Positions 1-13,010 of a DNA stretch of 64,000 nt are shown piece after piece. The notes below the pieces were generated by a model, which saw only the letters and a list, made by a program, of their open reading frames with translations, was not told where the DNA came from and did not search any database. Source of the stretch: Octopus bimaculoides (Eukaryota); contig NC_068986.1 of NCBI RefSeq assembly GCF_001194135.2, positions 41,322,661 to 41,386,660 of the forward strand. Direction: 5' to 3'. The position numbers and the translations under genes were made by a program. How positions within the stretch are numbered: the stretch's first letter is position 1; the number at the start of each line of letters is the position of its first letter.

Positions 1-1809
1 GTCAAATTCACCCAGAAACAGTCTGGAAGGAAGCTATTGGTCAGAGGTAGCAAGTGCATACACTGCTTTTGTTATTTGTTATCAGTGGACATCATACATT
101 GCCCTAACTTTCATTTGATCAGGTTTGAGTGTTTACACTTTTGATTTTTGTGCTAGCAAGCCCCTCTGTGCAGCAGGCTCAGTATTCCATGTTTGATCAT
201 ATCTAAGCATGCACTGATACTGTGACATCTGCAGAAGTTCCTAGATGATGAGGAATAGTTTTCTTGCAACTTGTCTCTCTGATGGAATTGCAATATTGTG
301 TCAGCAAAGATCAGTCTTGGGCACTGGAATATTGTCAGACATAGTTTTCTCTATCAGTTGGGCAACATAGCCAGTATTATGTCAACCAATATATTCTATA
401 AATGGTTAGTAGGGGTCAACATCTAAAATATTCTTGAGGAGACTGTGTGCCACTAAGATCAACTGAATGATCTTTTCCAGAAAATTTTCAGTTCAGGATT
501 TATGGATAACTTCCAGGACCCTGTGTTGTGGAAGTGGTGGAAGGAGCATTAACAGTTTGGGATAATTACTTCAGGTGCAGAAACATAATCAGCCGGACTT
601 GTTCAAGATGTGCACAGGCTGACAAAATTACTCTGTATGCACTCATTTAGTGTTTGAGCCCAATAGCTGTTATCATATGAAGGACTGATCTGGCTATCAT
701 CCAAGTCCATTCAGAAGATTGCCCCACTGCTTTCCTTAGGCAAGAAGTTCAGGCAGTTTTTTCTGTCTCATGACCATAGTGAAAGCAATTATATAGTGAA
801 CATGTTTGAAAAAGCTGAAGACAAGCATTTTCCTCTTTGGGAAATTCTCAACTTCAATTTGGAAAGGCAGGTGAGGTTAGAGAGGGAGATGCACTCCAGT
901 AAATTTGCTGAATGATAAATGAGTGTCTTACTCAGTATGCGCAAGAAAATATCTGGCAAAGCACTTGCTCTTGGAAGTAATGCTGAATTTGTAGAGTTCA
1001 TTGATTGGTCTTGGTATCTCTCCTTGTATTAGCATTTCTTATTTCTCACCTATTGTATATTTTGTTTTCTGCATTTGGATTTTTGTATAACTCTCCTTCT
1101 CTCTTTATCTGTTTTTGCAACATCCCCTTTGTCTATTTCCATCATACCACATATAAAAACAACAACAACAACACTAATGATGATGGTATGATGATTATTA
1201 TTATAATTATTGCAGTGGAGTTGCAAAAACACTTGTGTGAAATTAAATGCTCTGAGTATTTAATTTCATCCTTCTACTTTTCAGTATCAAATCCAATCAG
1301 AATTGTCTGTTTTTCTTCCCACCAAGTACCATTCATGTACTGGCAATCAATTCAGCTGATTATACTCATCCCTTGTAAATATAGCCTTGTACTGATGTGA
1401 AAAACATTATTATTATCATTTTCTTCTGAATACTTGAGAGTTAATCCCCAGCCTCTAAACTGAAAGCAAATACAACCCTCACTTAGAAAGAACAAACAAA
1501 CAAAAGATAGTATTTTAATATGATAATAGCTGAAGAACGTTCGTATTGATTGCTTGAAAATTATCCTGTTAATGCAGTTCAGTAACCATTTTCTTCTTTT
1601 TACACCATTCTAAAATTTCTTTTGGTTGATTGTCTATTAAAAAATGTGTGAATGTGCACTGATTACTAATGAGTAGTAGAATGAGTCGTCTATAGGCTAT
1701 GATAATGTTCTAAAGATCTTTCTTGCACACCAACTAAAATAGATTTCTAAAATGATTATTAGCAATTTTATATGCTTTCTTCCTCCCCCCTCCCTTTCCC
1801 CTCTCTCTT

Positions 1810-1841
<32 letters not shown>

Positions 1842-1916
1842 CCCCCCCCTCTCTGTGGGAATAATTATTTATACATTGATGTTGCATAGGTAACCTATTT
1901 ATTATTATTATCATTA

Positions 1917-2215
1917 GGGCAGTGAAGTGGCAGAATCATTGGAGCATTGGGGAAAATGCCTTGCTGTATTTGTACTGCCTCTTTACAGTTTGTGTTCAGA
2001 TTCTGCTGAGATTGATAAAATAAAGTACTAGTTGGGTTTTGGGGTCAATGTAATCAGCTAAAATTACTGGCCTTGTGCCTAAATAAATCATTATTGTTAT
2101 TTTTTGGCCAGTACTGAAGATTTTCATGGGTACTTTTGAGAAATGCCACAGATTGCAGTACCCAGAGTAGAAAGTGGTCAGTTGGTTCACCTACTCCTAT
2201 CTATGGCTTCTTCCC
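1917..2215 (+). mobile_element. Two adjacent old tRNA-derived SINE remnants
   Basis: ggcagtgaagtggcagaatc head, gttcagattctgctgag B-box-like segment, body gataaaataaagtac...ggggtcaatgtaatc...ggccttgtgcc. Related decayed copies at ~4680-4830, 4880-5030, 25960-26130, 36780-36890 and 60140-60290. Confidence 0.55.
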
Positions 2216-2490
2216 ACTCCTGTGTGGCTGAGTTACCCTTAATAAAATGTTCTAATGCTATAGATGTTGGTGTATAGGATAGAATTTGACTTTTAAGAAA
2301 TTGCCTTCAAACTAGGGTTCACCTTAAAGATGAAACATGAAATCTGAACCATAATGTTCTGTGCTCTCTTACAGTGAGACAGTTTACAAATTAAAGAAAA
2401 TATCTGCTGTGCACTTTATGCTAAATTTTTTCGTTTATTACAGTGTAAGAAACAAGGCTTAAGTAAATGGTAAAATTACACTTGACACTT

Positions 2491-3592
2491 TGTGCTGTGT
2501 GAGAGCATGATGCCCTCTAGTGAGAATGGACTGGACCACCACATATAAATAGTAGCAGTCTGAGTAAGTGAGATAGTTCATGCTAGTTCCACAGTTCGTG
2601 TGTTGATAGTTCAAAACTAGAGTTCAAAGTTCACATTTCGAGTTATCATGTTGGATTGTTGGTTCTTAAAAGATTGTTGTTACATTATGTGTGGTTAATT
2701 TTTATATGCATGAAGAATATCAGACTATGGTAAATCTTAAACATGATGTGAAAAAAATACAAGATAAAGACTGTGCGAAAATTTAAATGTGTCGTCCCAG
2801 GAAGCACAATCAAAAACTTGAAAAGAGCGGCTCAAGCCCCACCAGTAAAATATCAATCATAGCCAGAGACAGAGAACTCATGGTCTAGGTTACACATTCA
2901 CTTTCCCAGACTGGTAAACAGTGCTTACTACCTTATCATAGTAGATAGCTGTACTAAGTGGCCAGAGGTTTGCAGGTGCTATAGACCAACCTCTAAGACA
3001 ACCATAAAGTTCTTATCTGGTGTCCCTGACACACTGGTTTCAGACAATGGAACGCAGAACACAGTTATCTGGGTATGAATTCAAGAACTTCTGTAAAAGG
3101 CATGTGATAAAGCATATTTTCACTCCACCCTACCACCCAAGGTCAAACGGGTAGGTAGAAAGATTTGTGGACACTTTTAGGAGTCTTAAAAGCAAGGAAT
3201 GAAATTAAGTAACGACGAAGCACAGACAAATTTCTTAAGAATATACAGTCCCCCAATCCAAGTACAAATTCATGGAAGTTTCCTGCAGATTTGATAGGTG
3301 ATAGAGTGCATTTCAAAACCTATTGAAATGGTAAAGAAGGCTGGGAAAATGGCCTTGTTACCAGAAAAATTGGATGTGTGATGTATCTGATTAAAGGGTC
3401 ACATGGTGAACATAAGATATATATAAACCAGCTAAGGAAGAGGCATACTCAAGATCAGGAAAAAATTCCCATGGAAGTATTCTGTGAAATATTTGATGTA
3501 CCGGTACCAAAAGTAATTGTCCTGTAGAACCAGCATTAGAAAAAGAAAGCAGACCAAACACCTTGAGATAATGTCCAAGCGAAAGAGATAGT

Positions 3593-3630
<38 letters not shown>

Positions 3631-3952
3631 CTTTATTCCTTTGGAACACAAAATCTCAAAAGGCAAGATGTTATGCAAGAGTACAACATCCCCTGGCAGG
3701 AATGGACTGAACCGTTACATATAGATAGGAGCTGTCTGAGTGAGTGAGTGAGCGAGGTAAGTTTGTACTAGTCCCACAGTTCGTGTGTTGATAGTTCAAA
3801 GTTGGGGTCCAAAGTTCACAGTTTAAGTAAGTGTGTTGGATTGTTGGTTCTTAAAATATTCTTGTTATATTACATGTGGTTATTGCCATCTGTTTCGATT
3901 ATATTGTTATAACACTGTTGCAGTGTATTCATTTATCCATAAGGATATAACA
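2491..3952 (+). mobile_element. Degenerate Ty3/Gypsy LTR retrotransposon, internally deleted (truncated 5' LTR, integrase remnant, 3' LTR)
   Basis: Diverged direct repeats at ~2491-2697 and 3669-3952; the right one runs TGT...ACA and follows a purine tract (aaaaggcaaga). Between them are frameshifted integrase motifs: WSRLHI, YYLIIVDSCTKWPEV, GVPDTLVSDNG, HIFTPPYHPRSNG.VERFVDTF and a C-terminal GDRVHFKTY..GKEGWENG. No gag or RT remains. Confidence 0.85.
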
Positions 3953-6769
3953 CCTTGTTAGTTCTTGTCATGTAGGCATTGGTACTAATTACATCTCTAG
4001 TCTTTATATGACCCTAGCCAAGTATATTTAATGTATATTATGGCTAGTAAATGACCGTTTTTGCCTCAACTTAAAATGAATTGGCCTAATTTTTTTATAA
4101 CCAAGACTTTGTTGCATTAGTATACTTAATAGCATCATTTTACTGGTCATTGGAGAAAAATCAGAGCAGCAAACTCTCAGCAGTAAGTGCTAGACTACAA
4201 AATTTCTGATATCATCAGAAGATCATCCTTGTTGCCAAGTAGAAATCTTTTCTGAAGATGATACCATTTATATATCTGTAAGTTACAAGTGCTGGATTTG
4301 GTTCCACATTTATGAAAACCTATTAAACATGTTTGTCTGTCTTGCGAAAAATTTCCATTTGTTGAACTTTGACCAACTTGTGGTCTATTGCTGTGAAATA
4401 CTGCTTAGTAATCTTATATGATGAGTATAGCTCAAACCTACATTTTAAATGGAGAATCTAGGAGCTGTCTTATATATCCAGTCACCTTATACACTGAAAT
4501 TCAGTATATTGCATTTCAATTACATTTATTCTCTATCCACTTACACATAACCCCTGAAATATGATACATTTTGTATTGTACAAGCCCTGTATACAATAAA
4601 GAAAGGATTATCCATATTTAGCAGAAGTGAGAGAGCATCACAAAAGAAATATCTTTTGGTTTTTGTTCTAGCTCTTTACATTCTGACTTCAAATCCTGCT
4701 GAGCCTTTAGTCTTTGCCTTTAGTCCTTCAGAATTCAATAAAATAAAGTATCAGTCAGTTTACTGGGATTGGTGTAATTGGTTATGCTCCTTCCTTCAAT
4801 TTCTGGCCTTGTGCCCTTGTTAGAAATAATTATTGTTCTTATTATCCAGGATGGGGGTAGGGTGGCAAGTAATATCACTGCATTTTGCTTGATGCTCGCT
4901 GTTCAAATTTCACTGATATCAACTTCACTTTCCTGCCTCTGGGCTCAATGAAATGAAGTTCCATTCAAGTACTGGGATGATTTAATCAACTAACCCCATC
5001 TCTGCTTCTACTAATGACCTTGTGCTTATATTATTATTATTATTGCTTTTTTTTAATTGCATATTTCTTTCTGGGTTGTAGTCATTTAACTTCACTTAAA
5101 AGTTATGGTGGAGAAAATATAAATCTATTTTTTTACTCTTGTTCTATAAATCTGAATAGACTATTGTGACCAGGATTAATCAATATTTGTCGTGTATTCT
5201 TCTACTTTACGATAATATTTAAAGTGGTTGTCAATGGGTTCAAAGACCTCATTGAGAACCAGTTGTTTTGAGATACAATGACACTTGTTGGAGTTGTGAG
5301 ACAAGCTGTCACATGTCGATTATGAGACATGACTTCTTGAACTTAAAAAATTGAATTATGTGCCCTCAATATTAAAGACATATAATTGAGAAATTTCACT
5401 GATATCAAGCCAGTCAAGAGAATCTTGCTCATTGGTAATAGTTGAATAGCTTGTAGACAACATACTCTTTGGAGTTGTGCATAGCCTTTTCAGGTTCTCA
5501 TAGATTGGAAAGGCTAATCAGGTTAAGATAATGCCTTTAATGTTTATTTTGAAATGTTGCAGATGATGGTTGAGAGGGGTTTTCTTTTTTAAGAAGGGGT
5601 GTGTATACTGGAAAGAGTTTGTGAACAACGCTAGTGAGACATTCATAGGTGAGACAGTAAAAGGTGTGATTAAAGGAAGTGAGGCAAATGAATCATTTAC
5701 ATCTCGATGAAGCAGTAAGCAATCAGCAATTTCAAAGAATATTGTAGCAGTATATGGGTACAGTTTGATATTAGTTTTAAAATTATAGACTTTGGGAGAG
5801 TGAGGTATCAAGTAAAAGCTGGATGTATAAAAAGGTGCATCAGACTAAATACATGAGCAATTATCATATTAGATATATTTGTACTTTGCGAAAATTTTTA
5901 TGTATCAAATAAAGCAGTTTATTATCAAAAGAAAAGCAACATTGATTTAATTCAACAATGAATGTAGACTACCCTACAGTTAATAGATATGTTGACTGTA
6001 TTAATGTTTATTATAGTTCTCAAATCAATTAGTGACATTCCTCTCCTTTTGCATGTATGTGTGTGTGTGAATGAATTCAGTGATTTTGTGTGTAAAATCA
6101 TTATGTAAATTGTTCAACACTCAAGTAGCAGTCACAAAGTGAAGAGGAACTGGGCATTTTGTCTTTTCCTTTTCTATTAAAGTTTTCAACATTATCTTAC
6201 CACTACCTTCTGACTTTATGCTACTGTTATAGCACTACCACATCTATGTTCATCTGTTCCTAAACCATCTTCATCACAACCATCACTACCACTCTCTTTT
6301 TCTCTACTTTACACTACCATCCTCTCTTTACACTTCTATCGTTTCTTTTCTTCATAACTTCACCTCTCCCATCAACATTATTACCTAAGGCATTAGTAAA
6401 GGAGCCTGATAGAAGTCAAATCTCCATCTAATCACATCCCATTATCATAAAAATAATATTAGTGTAGTTCTACATACTCAATAAATGAGATGGTCACAGC
6501 TAGAATGCCTGTGATTACAGGTCTACCATCTGGTTTGATTTGGAGCTAAACAACAGTACCATCTCTACTACCTCCACAACAGTTTACACTGTTATTTGCT
6601 TTTGCTGCTATCACCATCACTAACTATATTTCTACTTCTACCATCAGCTTTACAGTATTTTTCAAGTGGTCTCTCTATTGTCAAGTCTAATGAACAATTA
6701 ATTTGTCTTACTGATTTAAGACATATAATTTCAAATAGCAGTACTTCAACTGGACAATTCTCTCTCTCT

Positions 6770-6807
6770 CTCCCTCTCTCTTTCTTTCTCTCTCTCCCTC
6801 CCTCTCC

Positions 6808-6904
<97 letters not shown>

Positions 6905-6928
6905 CCTCTCTCTCTCTCTCTCTCTCTT
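6770..6928. repeat. (CT)n microsatellite
   Basis: Long imperfect CT dinucleotide run; accounts for the spurious LSLSLS ORF 6596-6934. Confidence 0.95.
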
Positions 6929-8356
6929 AATTAAAAAAAAATTCTTTACAGCAGGTGATAGACATTTGCTGAATTGTCTTGAAAGTATAGTGTGTATAGT
7001 TTACTGCACTATATATTTCTTAGGTCTGTCTGAGTCAATTTTAATCCAATTAAAGCGAACTGATGACATTTTCCATATCTTCAATGAAACATCTTTGGAT
7101 TTATTGGAAACAAGAATACATTAACACATTCTGGTGGTTTCCTGCTGATTTCTCAAGAATTTGAATTGATCATTAATTAAAGTAGTCTCTGCTTACTTAT
7201 CATGGTTTACTGTAACCATATCACGGTATCTATGTTCAATTAGCTGCACCTGGTCAGTCATAGTTAAGTGTTTTAAACATGGTGAAAGTACTGTACATGT
7301 GACAGGATACAAATAGTTGACCTTTTACCTGATAGCCTGCTACTCTGTTGTCTTTGCTTGCTGCCACATTTGCTAAGTTACCTAGATAGACTTATAATTT
7401 TTGTTACCATACATGCATGCACGCACACGTACTGCTTTTTTTTTTTTTTTTTTTGATAAATTTCAAAATATACTTTGAATGTGTTGAAAAACCTTATAAA
7501 CACCTCAGATAATTTAAGTGGCAGGAGGGTTTTTAAGCAAAAAATAAAATGAAAATAGCAAAAGAAAAAAAGTTTGTAGTTATTCCTGGCAAAGGAAGTT
7601 ATGTTTAGTTTCCCACTCATCAGTAGGTTAGCTATATCAAACTTATCTGTTTGTTGTACCACTACTCCAGTGCTAGCCAAAGCACATTTGGCTGCAAGGA
7701 TTTAAGATAAGAGATTCTCTGTTTGTACTCTCTGCTATCACAGACATTTACTTGCTTAAGGTCAAGTAATAAAGCAGTAAAGGAAATTGTGTGTCTGTGT
7801 GAGAAAGAGAGGGAGAATCAACCACTATTATTTCTTATGGTAAGATATCACGGGTTTTATGATAAATAAATTTGAAAATTGCTTTCATTTTAATTATATC
7901 TTTATTTTAGCCAAACTAAATTATAGTGCTGTTGCCAAATATTTTTATTTGTACAGTTGTAAATTATTTGATTTATTTAGTATCTTATATTGTAGGTTGA
8001 TATTTTTCCAGAAAGCTATTATTGTTGCATTAAATTAATTGTTTTACACTTAAAACCAATATGGTTGGGGAAGTGTTGGATGGAAAAATACATAAATATT
8101 GATCTGAAACTATTAATTCTTTCACTGTAACTATTACAGAAGCCATATTATCAAGCTGGGTGTTATTAGTCTCATAGAACTTAACTGTTTACACTTAAAA
8201 CACAAAACATTATAAAAGTAATGAAACTTTCTCGGAAGTTCTAATTTATTCAAAACTTATATTATTCTTATTTAGGAATGATTTAGAACAAAATTTTGAC
8301 TGTACATGTGTATGTATGTATAAATGTACGTGTACAAATATGTTTTTATATATCTA

Positions 8357-8359
<3 letters not shown>

Positions 8360-8407
<48 letters not shown>

Positions 8408-8499
8408 NNNNNNNNNNNNNNNNNNNNNNNNNNNNNNNNNNNNNNNNNNNNNNNNNNNNNNNNNNNNNNNNNNNNNNNNNNNNNNNNNNNNNNNNNNNN

Positions 8500-8549
<50 letters not shown>

Positions 8550-8552
8550 CAC
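8360..8552. repeat. Compound (CT)n/(TA)n/(CA)n microsatellite spanning an assembly gap (N 8408-8499)
   Basis: Directly visible repeats on both sides of the N run. Confidence 0.95.
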
Positions 8553-8844
8553 ACACACACACATATTTCTATTTATTGTTACTGGAAGATATAGTATAGT
8601 TGAGTTAATCCCAGTATTCACCACCACCACCCAAAAAAATGTAAAAAAAGAAAATGGCGGAACATTTTACATATTGGATGGGATTAATAGCTTTTTTTTC
8701 TAGATTTTGCCCTATGGACAATTTGAGCTCACCATTGTATGCTGACATGGCTCTCCTCAGTTACACCCTGCACAAGAATATACAATGGTGAACTTTACCT
8801 ACCTATGGTACTTATTTATAGCAATGTTGATTGGACCATTGTGA

Positions 8845-8847
8845 TGA

Positions 8848-8900
<53 letters not shown>
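8845..8900. repeat. (TAT)n microsatellite
   Basis: Perfect trinucleotide run; gives the poly-Y and poly-N ORFs. Confidence 0.95.
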
Positions 8901-8901
<1 letters not shown>

Positions 8902-9112
8902 AGCAGAAATCAATGCTTGTGGTAAGATATTAATAGCGCACACTTGACTGTTAAGTTCAATGCAGTGTTGACGTAGGTTGCTGCAGTTCTTTATCTGAAA
9001 GTAGCTAATGGAAGTAGAAAAAAATGTTGTTTGGCTGTTCTCTAAATCTATTTGAAACAGCAAAAGTTATTCTAAAATGATATAAGAGAGAATATTATAT
9101 AAAATGTGTGTT

Positions 9113-9151
<39 letters not shown>

Positions 9152-10183
9152 TGGGGAGATTTTCAGATGACAAAAATTATTATTTTCATTCGTTTAGTGC
9201 AGAACAATGCAAGCTCATCATTGTCAAAATATGTTTCCATCATTTGAAAATATTAGTAATTTGAGGAAATAAAAATGGAATCTTCATGATTGCAGGCATA
9301 TATTTGTGAAGTTTTCTGTTAATTATTTTTAAGAATTTAATTGAATTTTCCTTTTTTCTGCAGATTGGAAGTGGGGGTGAGTGGAATAGATGATGGTGAT
9401 GGAAGGTTGTTTATTGGTATGAAATGCAATTAGCTCTTACATGACTATTTTCAACACCTTCCTCTGGCTATGAGGTGGTGGTAATGGCAGTGAGAAGGCT
9501 GAAATGCTCACTGATTCATTTTTCCCATTCCTCTCAATTCATGGTTCAGATTGTGCATGCATGTGTGTGTATTCTGCATATATGTTCTGTTTTATTTAGC
9601 TATTCTAATTATTCGTGCATAACTCAATTTATACATATACACTCATTCAACATAGTATTTTTTTTTAATTATAATTTTTATTTTACCATAATTTTTCCTT
9701 GATTAATTTTTATTGTATGTAATTTTTTTTCAAGTATTGTGTGAAGTGGGAATGAGGTGAACTTGTTTATTAGAACATCTGCCTGTCTGATCAACATTTG
9801 CAATGTTACAGTTTCAATTGCTGCTATATTTGTCCTTCACATTCCACCATCTTCAAACCAAAGAAAGATTTGGCTGTGTACTGACTGACTTCAGAATATG
9901 AAACCTGTCTAACATAATTTGCTTAATTATTTCTGCAATCCTGCTTTAAGGATGAAAATGCTAGAAGAGAAATGGTATGGTATTGTTATAGCTATTTTGT
10001 TTCTTTAAAGAAACTCTTTTATATCCAAGAACTATAACTATTCTTACATAAGGATTGTTTGGCTTTATTTATTTACTTACTCCCTTAATTTAAACAATAT
10101 TGTTATGCTTATATTAATTTTGTTTTCGCTTTCTATCTCTTTCTTATTTCACAATTTTAACTTTATTTTCTCTTTCTTTCTAG

Positions 10184-11346
10184 ATTCCGATTCTGATGAA
10201 GTGGTAATTATTGGCTCAGAAGGCTTAGATGATACAAATGACGGAGATGTTATCTTTGTATCACAGTACAAATCTTCTTCAGAACCCATTACCATAGATT
10301 GTACAACATCTAAAGAAGCAGAAAATGACAGTGCCAAAGTTGTTCATTTAAATGAAGAACAGCACTGTGAAATGGATGAAGATGATGTACAAGATATAAG
10401 TACTATTTCCTCAATTAAACTTGCAGACTTCTGTCAGCGTTCCAGTCAAATCTACAATGACGATAATGATCCCACAGATCAGCTTGTTATAAAGCCCCGT
10501 GACTCACTTGGATCTTTAAGCATTGGTAATAACTTTGGTCTTTCTCTCTCGGTGGAAGAACACAATAAAACTCAGTCAAAGCCAGTAATGGTTGTTGATG
10601 TTTCCCCAAGAATTGAGACTCCAATGGAAAATGATGGTGAGCCTTGTACTCATGAACTGAGTGTTTGTGATAAATGCATACCAGACAAAGAGGAAAATTC
10701 TGAATCTCGTATGGATTTTAGGACTAATTTTGACAACACTGAGAATAAAGTGATCATGAAAAAAGAAGAGAATGTCTTGCCCCAAAACTCAGGAATTTGT
10801 AAATGGAATGTTGATGAGCCTGTTACGGATAATTGTTCTGGTCAAAAAGCCAGTGGTTTACAACTTCAAGAAGAAGAAGATAATGACACAAGTGTTACAA
10901 TTACTCCTTGTAGCCAGACAGCTAATATGTTGTCATCAAAATATGATCCCTGCTGTTCAGATTCTTCATCAAATCCAAATCTTATTTATCATTGTATTAA
11001 AGAAAAGAATGGCATCAGTGAACACCCTGTGGCTATGTGTCAAAAGCTGAAAACAAAATTCTGCCACTCTTCTGATCCTTCATCGCCAAACAATTCTCCG
11101 GATGTTACATCGGTAATTGATCATGGCTCCCCTCGAAAGAAGCACATGTTAACTTCACGAACATGGATTCCAGCCTCTGTAATGGCAGAAGAGGATAATC
11201 AAAGAGCAGTAAAGAAAGGTGCTTGTGTAGCTTGCAAAGCACTTGTAAAAGAAGATGAAGGTTCATCTTGTGTTGATCACCATCTTACTTGTAGGGGATG
11301 TTTGGAGGACAAAGTAAAAGCAGTTCTAAGTCGAAGATGTTTAGAG
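10184..11346 (+). CDS. SIM-RING-PARP gene, first identified coding exon (1163 nt): SIM-like motifs, acidic disordered region, first six RING ligands
   Basis: Strong acceptor ttttctctttctttctag| at 10183 (phase 1) and donor GAG|gtaagt at 11347 (phase 0), inside the 417-aa ORF. Encodes DSDEVVIIGSE, DGDVIFVS, EPITIDC, VMVVDVS, and ends CVACKALVKEDEGSSCVDHHLTCRGCLEDKVKAVLSRRCLE (C-x2-C-x11-C-x3-H-x2-C-x2-C). Confidence 0.88.
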
Positions 11347-11526
11347 GTAAGTTATTAGTTGCATGTAGTTATTTACTGCTCAGTTTTAAAATGTATAATG
11401 TGACTACAATAACATTTCTAGATAAAACCATATCATTAATAAGATTACATTCAGTTTCTAAACAGCTTCCTTTTTGTTCTATTTCAATAAATTTTGAGCC
11501 ACAGTAATTTGCTGATTATTTTTCAG

Positions 11527-11569
11527 TTGAAGTGTGACTGCTATTTCTTCTTGAAATACATGTCTCCTT
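11527..11569 (+). CDS. SIM-RING-PARP gene, 43-nt exon completing the RING (LKCDCYFFLKYMSP)
   Basis: Acceptor attatttttcag| and donor ctt|gtaagt. Length 3n+1 exactly bridges phase 0 (11346) to phase 1 (37873), supplies the missing Cys ligands and gives LELKC-x12-ELRRCLP, matching the spacing I recall for RNF216 RING1 (LELSC-x12-ELEKVLP). Confidence 0.75.
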
Positions 11570-13010
11570 GTAAGTGGCCTCTACTCTTTGGAGCTGGCTA
11601 GTTTCATGCCACATATGCCCAAAATCTCCAACCTCACTCACCTCTCCTCCTCTTATCACTCATTTTGTGTCCACTTGTCTCACTAGGTCCTCCACTTACT
11701 GGTTTCCTCAGAACATCAGGTATCTGGACTTTCCTGCAACTGTTAATTTACAATTGTTTCGTTGCTGTTGTTCAGCTTATCTTAGACGGCCTGCAAAAAC
11801 CAGACCAAGTCATTAAAAACAGTATTGTATGTCAATGAAATTGTTACTAGGCTAACAAATAGCTGAATTTAATGTTAATTAGATATGATGACGACTGTTA
11901 CTGAGGTACGGCTGAAAGTGTCAGACTAATTACTCAGAAAAACTGAGTGTTTAAATATCTAAAAACAATGGAGATGAGTTTGACAGGATCAGCTGATTGG
12001 ACATATAGACAATGAAATTTGGCGTGGATTTAGTCTTTAAAACCAAATGGTGATTACTCTATCTTGAGAATAACCACTATTTAATGAGTATAAGCAGTAT
12101 ACAATTTTAGTTTAATTATCAAAAGCAAGTGAATTTGAGTGATATTTGCAGTAGAATAAACACATAACACATGAAATATATACATGACACCTTTCCTAAA
12201 TAGCCATTGCACTTCAGTATATGAATTACATATATCAAGATACACCTAAAAATATTGCTACTGGTCCCTCACCAAGCCACTTCCCAACTCACAACCTTTG
12301 GTGTAATGCCAAATCTCATCCCAAAATTTCCTTTCAACTAACTTCCTGAAACCATTAATATAGATGCCACATGTTTCTGTGTTAACTTCTAAAACATGGT
12401 ATGATGCCAGATCTAAAAATGTACTTCCTCACAAACACTTCTGTTAGTGTTTAATATGGACACTGCCATCTTTACTTTTGGGATTTGGACAGCATGGCCA
12501 CAAAAAAAAGAAAAAATACTAAGTTGGAAACCATATTGCTTTGCTAGAAAACTTTCATTCTGCAACAAACCAAGTTCTTGATTGACAATGTTAAAGAATG
12601 CTTTTTTTTTTATATATATATTACAATTAATCTAATTTGAGAGAATATTTTAAAAATCTGTTTTATGTTTGAAGTGGTTATATTTATAATTCATGAAAAG
12701 ATATGTCCAGGAAGTAAACTATTGTTAATTAAAAGTACATGTGTACTTGTACATACAATATATTTACTCATGCAAAGTATACATGCTTTTAGTTTTCATA
12801 AACATCTCTTTGCTAAATCTTGCAAAACACATTGCATGTTACTGTAGATAATTAATATTTCATAATTAATTCAACGACTTTTTTTTTTGCAATATTTTCT
12901 CTGGAATTTTCTTTTATAAACTAAAATAAATGGTATTAATACTGTTTTATAGTCACTTTGGTCTATATGATGCTTTTAATCTTAGTCTTGAAACAATTTA
13001 ATCACAATTG

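Noticed and set aside
180-1000. Possible minus-strand hAT-type transposase relic (..VHILNK.., ..TWNTE..)
   Set aside because: Only two loose motif resemblances amid many stops; no family call can be supported without a search.
4219-4277. Possible upstream coding exon (E)DHPCCQVEIFSEDDTIYIS with a gtaagt donor, phase-compatible with the 9364 microexon
   Set aside because: Weak acceptor, in-frame stop at 4191, no linked ATG exon and a competing donor at 4183; could be chance. Needs RNA data.
5180-5810. Possible decayed LINE RT (RRGVYTGKSL resembling RRGIxQGDSL)
   Set aside because: Motif spacing does not fit and the YxDD equivalent is unrecognisable.
10105-10183. Hydrophobic N-terminus of the 417-aa ORF, resembling a signal peptide
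   Set aside because: It is the translated polypyrimidine tract of the intron acceptor. The same applies to MYPLFIFVFFIV at 43909-43945.
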